Shown: piece by piece, positions 55,801-64,000 of the stretch
How the letters are laid out: each line of letters begins with the position of its first letter
Numbering within the stretch: the stretch's first letter is position 1
DNA from: Rebecca billardiae RCC1528
Lineage: Eukaryota > Protista > Haptophyta
Length of the DNA: 64,000 nt
Assembly: GCA_965240325.2 (NCBI GenBank)
Contig: OZ251222.1
Span: 1,984,001 to 2,048,000, forward strand
Direction of reading: 5' to 3'
Made by a program: the position numbers and the translations under genes
Notes under the pieces: generated by a model
Told to the model about the DNA's origin: nothing
The model's input: the letters and a program-made list of their open reading frames with translations, nothing else
The model's database searches: none

Positions 55801-57939
55801 GGCTCGGCCAGCGGGGCCGGGCTCACGCCGGGAGGCACGCCGCCGCCCGCGTCGCCGCCGCCCTCGCCACCGCCGCCGCGCCGCAGCTGCCGCATGCCGC
55901 CGCCGCCGCGGCCCGTGGAGACCACCAGCATCACTGCCGCTGCGCCGCCCAACAGCGGCTCGGCGCGCCGCACGGCGGGTCGGCTGCAGCCACCGCCTGC
56001 GCCGCACACGGGCGCGCAGGGCAAGGCGCCACCCTGCCGTGCTGCCGCGCCGGGCACGGCGCGCGCCGCGCCGCGCCGCGCGCCGCTGCCTCCGCCCACG
56101 TCGGTTTCTCTGGGCAGCGCGCAGTACGTGCCGCCTGCGCGCACAGCGTGGGCGACCAGCGCTGCGGCCAGCGCGCACGCGGCCGCATCCGCAGACCGGG
56201 AGGTCGCTCGCGCCGCGGCGGCGGCCGTGGCGCCGGCGGCGGCGGCGGCGGCGGCTCCGCCGGACGCGGGCCGGTCCTCGGACGCGCCGCCGCGCCTCAC
56301 GCGGCCAAGCACCGCCTCACCACGCGTCGGCGTCGGCGGCGGTGGCGGGAGCAAGCACGGGGGCAAGGGGGCGGAGGATGGTTCGGCTGCTCGGCCGCCG
56401 ACCGCTCCGCTGCCCAGTGCGCCCGCGGCCGCGCCAGCGCCGACTGCCGAGCAGGAGCAGCCGCCGGCGCGCGCCCTGGCAGCCACGCCGGCGGCGGCGC
56501 CGCCGCCGGCGACTCGCCCCGCGGAGCCGGGCGCGAGCCCGCCGCCCGCCGCGCGCCGCGCGCAATGCACAGCGCCAAGTGCGAGCGCACTCGCGCTCGC
56601 GCTCGCCGGCCGAGGCCCAGGCTCGGAGGCGTCGGGCCACAGCTCTCCGACAGGCTGCGACTCGTGTGCACCCGACGCCGCGGCCAAGCCCGAGGCACCG
56701 CCGCTGCCGCCGCGCGCCGCTCCCATCCTGAGCAGCGGCCTCGTGAGCGCGCGCTGCACGCGCCAGGAGTGGAGTCTAGAGCCGCGCGCCCGCACGCCGC
56801 CCGCGCACGGCGCCGAGCGCGGGGCGCACGCGAACGCGGACGCGCCGCTCGCCCTAGCGGCGACGGCGGCGGTGGCGGCGGCGGCGGCAGCTCCGCCCGC
56901 CGCGGTCAGCGCGAGTGCAGCGCCGCCGCACGCCGAGCCGGCTTTGGCGGCGCCCGCGGCGCTGGACACGGCACCACCTACTACGGCGACGCCCGTCGTG
57001 CGCGCGCAGCCGGCTGCCCAGTGGCCACCGGCCTCGGCCGCGCAAGCCCCGGCGGCATCGGAGCCCGCGGCGACGCCGCCGGCCGCGCTACCGCCGCAGC
57101 AGCACGACGCCACTGCCAGGAGCATGGCGCTGCCGTCAGCCTCGCCGTCCACCGCGGCGGCCTGGCCCGCCGCCACGAGCGTGACGGCGCGCCGGTTTGG
57201 CAACATCCGCGCGGCGCGCCGCGGCGCGGGTGTGCCGCACGCCTCCGCCGCGCGCTCGCCGCCGCCTCGCGCCGCCGCCTCCTCCTCCTCGCGCCGCTCG
57301 CGCCCGCCCGAGCTGACCGACCTCGAGCTGCTCGCGCTGCGCACGCTCATCCGGCTCTTCGAGTCGAACGGCGACGGCTGGCTCGGGCTGAGCGCGCTGC
57401 GGCTCCTGATGATCGAACTGGGCGACCCGATGACGACGCTCGAGCTGCGCCGGCTGCTGCGCGCCATCGGCGCGAGCAGCGGTGCGCGCGCGCCACGCGT
57501 GGTGGCGGACGAGCTGCACGTGGACCGCGACGCGCTCTGCGTGTGGTTTGCCAAGGCCAAGGCGGCGCACACGCGCGCAGAGCTCGCGCGCAAGCGCGCG
57601 CAGCGGGGCGCGCAGCACGTGCGCCCCGCGCTCGTGTGGGCGGCCATGCTGGGCAGCTTTGGCGGGCTGTGCGCGCTGGCCATCGTGTACGGCTCCGTGT
57701 TTGGCGAGGAGCGCACCGCGGCGATGGTCTCCTCATGGGGCCTCTCCCTCGCCGCGTCCCTCACCGTGCAGGACGGCCCGATCATGGCGCTGGGCAGCTG
57801 CTGCGGCGCCCTGCTGCGTCGCGCCCCCGCTGCCAGGGCGCGCCGTGCGGACTGCTACTGCTGCACGAGGCTAGGCATGGCGCTGCTGCGGGCAGCAGGG
57901 CAAGCGCTCGGCGCATGCCGGTTTCTCTTCCTCGGCTGA
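37882..57939 (+). CDS. Giant polycystin-1/REJ-like surface receptor (RCC1 propeller, (SP3)n stalk, IPT/REJ-like domains, GPS, multi-TM, EF-hand-like); exons 37882-38039, 38196-38375, 38504-38857, 38989-39330, 39584-39763 and 40061-57939, with an apparent frameshift at ~52770-52785
   Basis: Seven HTC..C(W/F)G..GQLG-type repeats after splicing; SPPP array; VTAVRPPLGPLGGGTVVTLEGRGF (IPT); DASGSFDP..FEWS and PPHGGRLAVWP..LPLSYAF (REJ-like); CRFLDE..W..DGC..CACDHLTTFA (GPS); hydrophobic helices; LFESNGDGWLGLSAL. Confidence 0.85.
40164..49220 (+). repeat. Coding (Ser-Pro-Pro-Pro)n minisatellite, 12-bp base unit with higher-order repeats
   Basis: Regular SPPP/SPPPP to ~48650, then degenerate Pro-rich sequence. 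Confidence 0.97.
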
Positions 57940-58174
57940 AACAGCAGGAGAGACATCATCAGAAGTAGCCGCGAGTTCTTAGCGCGCGACGACGACGCCG
58001 AGATGTCGTGGCGTTATGGCCCGCGGTGCAGGGCGGAGCGCGCAGCGTGGAGCCCGCCGGCACGGCTCCCGCCATTTCTCGTCCCCGCCGGCCAACGGGT
58101 TCGCCTGATCATTTTCCGGTGGAAATCGTCCGGAAATCTGCGGCCTGCGGGGGAGGGCAGCGGACAACGCATGG

Positions 58175-59697
58175 ATGGACACCTCAGTCCCGGCCGGCGC
58201 TGTGTGGGCCCGCGCGTTCGTCACCTCCGAGCTGTGCGTGCTGCCCGCATATGCGCGCTTGCTCGAGCTGCATCGTCCGGCCAAGAAGGCAGGTCATCGC
58301 TTGCGGCACCTCTGCGCGGTCTGGTGGGATGCCCGGTCCAAGATCGACGACACGTGGCCGACATGGGCGCACACGCTCGCTGGCGTTCAGGCGCACCCTG
58401 ATTTGCTCTCGGACAACGTCCGTGCGCTGTACCAGCGCCTGGGCGCGGACGGGCCGCTGCTGCGCAAGCAGCTGTGCGGCGAGTACGCGCAGCGCTGGGT
58501 GTACTACGGCCGTGGCCAGCCGCTGCTGCGCGTGGCCTCTGCGTGCCCCAGCCGCCGGCGGCGGCTGGGCGTGCGCGCGATGGGGTGGAGAACGAGCCGC
58601 CCGGCGCGCAGCCCCAACTCATCTCGCCGGCTGGTGGCGACGCCTGCGACACCGAGCACGCGCGAGCGGCGGCACGGACTCTCGTCCTCCTGCCGGCGGA
58701 TCCCTTTGCTCCGGCGGCCGCCGTCGACAGTCCGCCGGGCACGCCGGGCGCGCCGCCGCTCGACGGCGCTGGCGTGGAGCTCTCGGCGCGCCCTCAGCGG
58801 CGCCAACCCGACGCCCAGCCTAGTCGTCGCCCGCTCTCCGCACGCTTGCGCGAGCAGGCTCGCCTCCGGAGTGTGGCCGAGAGGCTATCGGCCATCCAAA
58901 AACGGCACGCCGCGGCGAGCGCGTGCCGAGAGAAGGCAGCCGACGCGGCCGCGTCGGCGGAAACGGCGGAAAAGGCCGCAGCTGCTCGGCGGGCTGCTCG
59001 GCGGCGCGCCGCCGCCTTCGCGTCGTGGCGGCCTGCCGACGTGGACGCATGGCTTCGGGGCGCGGATTCAGCCACGGCGTGCGGCCCGCGCGCGCGGGAG
59101 CGGGCGCGCGCGCGCGCGCGCGCGCGGGCGCCGCGGCGCGCGAGCACGCAGACCGTGCTCGGCGCGTTTGGCGGCGAAGGCGTCGTGGTGGACCTGCGCG
59201 TGTGGGAGTCGCCGTGCAGCCGCCGGCGCGCGTGCTTCATGATCGGGGCGTCGCTTCCGCCGCCGTCTCCGCGCGCGCGCGCCAGCGCGCCGACGCGTGT
59301 GGCGCTGCGCCGCGCCGGCGTCATCGGCAGCTCCAGCTCCTCAACCGGGCGCGTCGTGCTGCTCGACGAGTACGGCGTGGTCGCGCACACGATGTACGGT
59401 GGCGGGCGGCTCCACCTGCACTTCAAGCCCGAGCTCCGGCGCAAGGCCGTGAGCGCCGGCACGGACCTGTGGCTGGCGGCAGCCGTGATGGGGTACCGAC
59501 GCCCCGCTTCCATCGCGCGGCTGCTCCGCACCAAGCCCGTGCGCGCACGCACGCGCGAGTGGTTCTGCGCAGCGGACACGCCGGACACGCGCTTGGCCTT
59601 GGCGCGGCCGGTGCGCGTGCTCGAGCTCGGCGTGCCGCCACCCGTCACCGAGTACTGGACGCGGCACATGCGCATGCAACTGGACGGGCCTTATTAA
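58175..59697 (+). CDS. Hypothetical protein; structure uncertain (apparent frameshift at ~58530, possible intron 59077-59151)
   Basis: Protein-like sequence in the frame of ORF 58175 up to ~QPLL, then in the frame of ORF 58474 to the stop at 59697. No family recognised. Confidence 0.5.
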
Positions 59698-60106
59698 TCC
59701 ATCGTCAGCTGTTCCAGTGTCCTGCCCGGCCCCCGGGGCTGCCGATCGACCCGAGTTCATCAGCATTAAATTATTTAATAATAAGAAGTTCCAGCCGAAT
59801 AATAAGTATTAAGTTAATAAACTAATAAAGTTACCAGCCGGTCGTATTCGTAACACGTGTGACCGATCGGGTCAGATCGCGACGTCCTTGAATGCGATCA
59901 TCCGAGCAGGAAGACCAGCGGCGGGTGCGGATGACCGGATGGGCATGGCCAACACGGATCGCGGACAGTCATCGAGTGCGGTCGCCAGGATGCGCCCGCG
60001 TGCATCGCCTTCGACGCGGGGCGTCCAACCGTGCTCGCCGTGGCGCCGCGGGCGCACGCCCAGCTTGGCAGCGCCAGTGGCGGCGGCCGTTCATCACACG
60101 CCTGTC

Positions 60107-62057
60107 TCAGATGAGCATCAGCACCGGGTTCTCGACGTACTTCTTGAACGCCTGCAGCCACTGCGCGCCGACCGAGCCGTCGATGACGCGGTGGTCGGAC
60201 GAGAGCGTGACCGTCATGAACGACTTCTCCTTGAAACCGCCCTGCGCACGTGCACGTGGCGCGCGCGTGCGCGCGGGCGGGCGCGCGGCGTGGGCGTTGT
60301 GTGTGCGCGGCTTTCGCACGGCCGCTCACACACAGCACGCGCAGAGGGGAGCGGCGCGGCGCGGAGATGCGGGCCGGCGGGAGCGCGCACCTTGCCGTCG
60401 GAGACGACGCCCTTCTGCGCGCCGCCCACGGCGAGGATGCACGTCTGCGGCTGGTTGATGATCGCCGTGAAGTGCTTGATCCCAAACATGCCAAGGTTGG
60501 AGATTGTGAATGTGCCGCCCTGGAACTCCTCGGGCAGGAGCTTGTTGTCGCGCGCGCGCGCCGCGAGCTCCTGCGCGGCGGTGGGCGCGGGCGGCGGCGG
60601 GCGTGAGCGGCGGCGCGCTCGGGGCGCGCGCCCCGCGCGGCCCGTGCGCGCGCGCGACTGCTTCGCACCTTCGCCTCGGCGGCGATGGCGGAGAGGTTCT
60701 TCGCGTGAGCACTCTTGATGATCGGGGTGATCAGCCCCTTCTCCGTCGCGACGGCGACCGAGATGTCGGCGTGGTTGTACACGCGGACGAAGTCGTCCAT
60801 CCACGCGGAGTTGGCCATGGGCACGTCCACGCACGCCTTCGCCGCCGCCTTGATGATGAAGTCGTTCACCGAAATCTTCGCCTCCTTCTCCACGCCGTCG
60901 TTCACGGTGGCGCGTAGCCTCACGAGCTCGTCCAGCCCGCAGTCCATCGTCAGGTAGTAGTGCGGCACGTCGCGCTTCGAGTCGGTGAGCCGCTTGGCGA
61001 TGACCTTGCGGATGTTGTTGTTCGGGAGGTCCTCGAACTCGGCGCCCTCGACGCCGCCCATGCCCGGCTTTGCGCCGGCCGTCGCCGCCGCCGCCTCCAC
61101 GTCCGCCGCGATCACGCGGCCGCCCGGTCCCGTGCCACTCACAGACGACAGCTCGACGCCCGCCGACGCAGCCATGCGCCGGGCGAGCGGGCTCGCCGGG
61201 GCGCGCGCACCCGGCGCGGCTGTCCGCGCGGGCGCGGCCGGCGCCGGCGCAGCGCCGCCGGCCGGCGGCGGCGGCGGCGGAGACGGCGGCGGCGGCGGGG
61301 CGGCGGCGGCGGCCGGGGCCTCGGCTGCCGGCGCCGCTGGCGCCGCCTCGGCGACGTAGTCCTTGAACGCGGCCACGTCGCCCGCGCTCTCCACGAGGAC
61401 AGCGACCGGCTGCGCGCAGTCCGAGCGCCGGGCCGGCCGCGCAGTGCGTGGCGCGGCACGATGGCGGGGTGTGAGCTCGAGGGCACATGCGCGCGCGCGC
61501 GCGTGGACGGCCGCAATGGAGCGCATACGCATGCGCGCGCGCGAGAGCGTGCGCACCGTCCCCACAGCCAGGTCGCTCGCGCCCTCGGGCACGAGGAGCT
61601 TCGCTACCACCCCATCGTCAAGCACCTCGAAGTCAACCGTGGCCTTGTCAGTCTCCACCTGCGCAATCGTGTCGCCTGCGTTCACCGATTCGCCCTCCTT
61701 CTTGATCCACTGTGCGATGTTGCCGCTCGTCATGGTGGGCGAGAGGGCGGGCATGGTGAGCACCGTGTGCGTCGGGAGCGACAAGCATCGCCAGCCTCCC
61801 ACGGCGCTTGGCCGAAGGAATCCAGCTGGCAGCGCCGTGGCATGCCTGCGCGCGCGCCGGCGCATAGAACAGGCGTACGCGTCGTGACATGAGCCCGGCA
61901 CGGTGGTTCAGGGCGCGCAGGAGTCGCGGCGCGAGGCCGACGGGATCGTCCGGTCCAGTGCGCGCATCGCGAAGGGGGCGGGCGCGCACAGTCGGGCGCT
62001 TGCTCTGCCCGCACTGCTCGCAGCAGCGCGGCTCGCCGCGCGAAGCACGAGCGCCAT
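60107..62057 (-). CDS. DLAT: Mitochondrial pyruvate dehydrogenase E2 (dihydrolipoyllysine acetyltransferase); exons 62057-61990, 61845-61557, 61409-60669, 60570-60391 and 60241-60107
   Basis: Lipoyl domain [15 protein letters not shown]; E3-binding [15 protein letters not shown]; catalytic [13 protein letters not shown] and DHRVIDG. Four GTGCG..CAG introns and an Arg/Ala-rich presequence. Confidence 0.93.
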
Positions 62058-62435
62058 CGCCGAAAGGATCCTCCGCGGCTTCCGCGCGCCGACGTCGGGT
62101 CCGCGAGATCGAGACTGTCCGGGGACGAGATGCCGCCGCTTTGGCGACTCAGCCGCTAAGGTGCCTCGGTCTGAGGTCGGTGCCGTGCCCGCTCGAGCCA
62201 GCGCCGACGGCTCCGCAGCCCAGCAGCTCTCGAGCTCGCGCAACTGCGCTGGCGAGCGGCGAGGGTGCACACCTGCGCACCAGCTCAGCAAAAACCTGAC
62301 GATCGAGAAAAAGCGCAGCAATGTATTCCCGAAAAGAAGCCACGGCACACGCGCCCTGCACGCAGCGTTTGAAGGCCCATCGCGTCATCCGCGTTGCGGG
62401 TGACCGCGGCGCATTTCGGGTCGAGCGGCGCGCGC

Positions 62436-64000
62436 ATGGGGTCGGGCGCTGGCGTGATCACGCGTCTCGCGCTCGCAGTGACGGTCGTCGCGACGGCGTC
62501 CGACGACGTGGCCCACTCTCACCCCGACGCGCGCGCGACGCACGATCTCCACGCGGAGCTCACCGCGCAGCTGCTGCACTTCCACCGCGTGCGTGCGCAG
62601 CCAGCGCGCGCCGACGTGCATGCCGACGCTGCGTCACTCGCGCACACGGACTACTTGTGGCATCGATACGCGGCGCACCACCCGGCGCTCGATCCGCGCG
62701 ATGCGCGCGCGCGCGCTGCCTTCTTCCACAGCGCGCGACGCATTGTGGAGCTCGACGCGAGCGACGCGGCGGGCGCGAGGTACGGCTTCACGCACCTCGC
62801 CGCTCTCGACGCGGAGGGGTTTGCGGCGCGTCTCGCGAGCTGGCGGCCGCTGCCGCTGCACCACCCGGCCAACAACGCCAGCGCGCTCCCGCGCCTCGCC
62901 GCGCGCGCGCCGCGCGGCGCGCTCGATCGCGTGGGCGGGCTCGTGGGCGCGGGCAGCGTGCCCGCCTCGTTCGACTGGTTCGGGCGTGGCGTGCTCACGC
63001 CGGTGAAGGACCAGCGCGACTGTGGCGCGTGCTGGTCCTTCACGACGGTGCAGACCATCGAGTCCGCCGCGGCCGTGATGGGCGGAGCGCTCGCGCCGCT
63101 CTCGGCGCAGCAGCTGCTCGACTGTGACACGTCTTGGAACCAGGGCTGCGTCGGCGGCAACGTCGCGGCGGCGGTGGGCTACCTGCGCAAGTTCGGCTCG
63201 ATGCGCGCGGACGACTACCCGTACCACAACGCGGACGGCGAGCTGTGCCAGTACGTGCCCGAGCTCGTCGCGCTGCGCGTGGGCGAGCTGATCCGCATCC
63301 CGCCCGGCTCGGAGCTCCAGCTGCAGCACGCGCTGCTGCAGTACGGGCCCCTGGCCGTCTCGGTCGACGCGTCCGGCTGGCAGCACTACACGGGCGGGAT
63401 CATCTCGGCGTGCGGCGACGGCGGCGTGAACCACGCGGTGCAGCTCGTGGGCTGGGGCACGGCGAGCGGCGGCGTGGACTACTGGAACATCCGCAACAGC
63501 TGGTCCACGGCGTGGGGCGAGCTCGGGTACGCGCGCATGCTGCGCGGCGTCGGGTGCAACGGCATCGTGGATGAGCCTGCGTACACGTTCGCCATCATGG
63601 GGCAGGAGTGCGTCGCGCTCGACTGCGGCCGCTGCGTGGCGGACACGCAGCGCTGCGGCTGGTGCGCGGGCGCGATGCGCTGCTACGAACGCGCCGCCGG
63701 CGAGGCGATGTGCGCGCGCGGCTGGCTCGACGCCAAGTGTCCGCCCACGCCCACGGTGCCGTCCGCGCTGCACGCGCTCACGTGCGGCCTCGCCGCGGCC
63801 GAGGCGACCGGCCAGCCGCCCGCCTACTTCAGCCTCCGCCTCGACCGCACCGACTGGCGGAACGGCACGGCCTGCCTGCTCGGCTTCGAGATGAACGTGC
63901 TGCAGGCACTCGGCGTGCTGCTCGCCGCGCTCACGCTGCTGTGCTGGGGCGTGCAGTCGCTGTGCGCGCTGTGCTGGCGGCCGCGCTCGCGCCGGCCGTC
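62436..64000 (+). CDS. Papain-family (C1A) cysteine protease with prodomain, C-terminal Cys-rich PSI-like domain and TM helix; 3' truncated by the window
   Basis: Open frame from ATG 62436 (absent from the ORF track because it has no stop). Motifs FDW..VLTPVKDQRDCGACWSF, NHAVQLVGWG and YWNIRNSWSTAWGELGY, then CGRCVADTQRCGWC and VLQALGVLLAALTLLCWGV. Confidence 0.9.
   Translation, partial: MGSGAGVITRLALAVTVVATASDDVAHSHPDARATHDLHAELTAQLLHFHRVRAQPARADVHADAASLAHTDYLWHRYAAHHPALDPRDARARAAFFHSARRIVELDASDAAGARYGFTHLAALDAEGFAARLASWRPLPLHHPANNASALPRLAARAPRGALDRVGGLVGAGSVPASFDWFGRGVLTPVKDQRDCGACWSFTTVQTIESAAAVMGGALAPLSAQQLLDCDTSWNQGCVGGNVAAAVGYLRKFGSMRADDYPYHNADGELCQYVPELVALRVGELIRIPPGSELQLQHALLQYGPLAVSVDASGWQHYTGGIISACGDGGVNHAVQLVGWGTASGGVDYWNIRNSWSTAWGELGYARMLRGVGCNGIVDEPAYTFAIMGQECVALDCGRCVADTQRCGWCAGAMRCYERAAGEAMCARGWLDAKCPPTPTVPSALHALTCGLAAAEATGQPPAYFSLRLDRTDWRNGTACLLGFEMNVLQALGVLLAALTLLCWGVQSLCALCWRPRSRRP

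Overview
Very GC-rich, intron-containing eukaryotic nuclear DNA. It is most plausibly a haptophyte or other complex-plastid alga (Pavlovales-like); this is an inference from GC content, short (GC)n-rich GT-AG introns with a GTGCG donor, and gene content. I can support about 19 protein-coding genes: a DIxGA/NPLxPxY-repeat protein, a DUF2358 protein, an AAAP amino-acid transporter, a WHEP-fused TGT, an OGFr-like/GNAT protein, NOP14, a Sel1 protein, ARF1, a ShK-prolyl-4-hydroxylase, a mitochondrial carrier, a methyltransferase-MYND protein, a UBX protein, a tandem-UBL protein, a Tudor/ELM2/C2H2 protein, a GH127-like beta-L-arabinofuranosidase, a giant surface receptor, an unknown protein, PDH E2 and a membrane-anchored cathepsin. 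The centrepiece is a ~20-kb gene (37882-57939, about 6,360 aa once one frameshift is corrected). Its product has a hydrophobic N-terminus, a 7-repeat RCC1 propeller whose 5 introns all sit in the same Cys codon of the repeat, a ~3,000-residue (Ser-Pro3)n extensin-like stalk, IPT/REJ-like domains, an intact GPS autoproteolysis motif, about 5 polycystin-1-like TM helices and an EF-hand-like motif. The gene immediately upstream is a secreted GH127-type Hyp-arabinoside hydrolase, and a prolyl 4-hydroxylase gene ends about 16 kb upstream, suggesting a possible writer/eraser/substrate locus for a hydroxyproline-rich glycoprotein. Non-coding structure includes a head-to-head GTATCA-N-TGATAC repeat array (33-1910), a 326-bp tandem duplication, a 310-bp inverted repeat, a 42-bp element shared by both inverted structures, a 41-bp palindrome and microsatellites. 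All calls come from reading by eye; no database searches were run.
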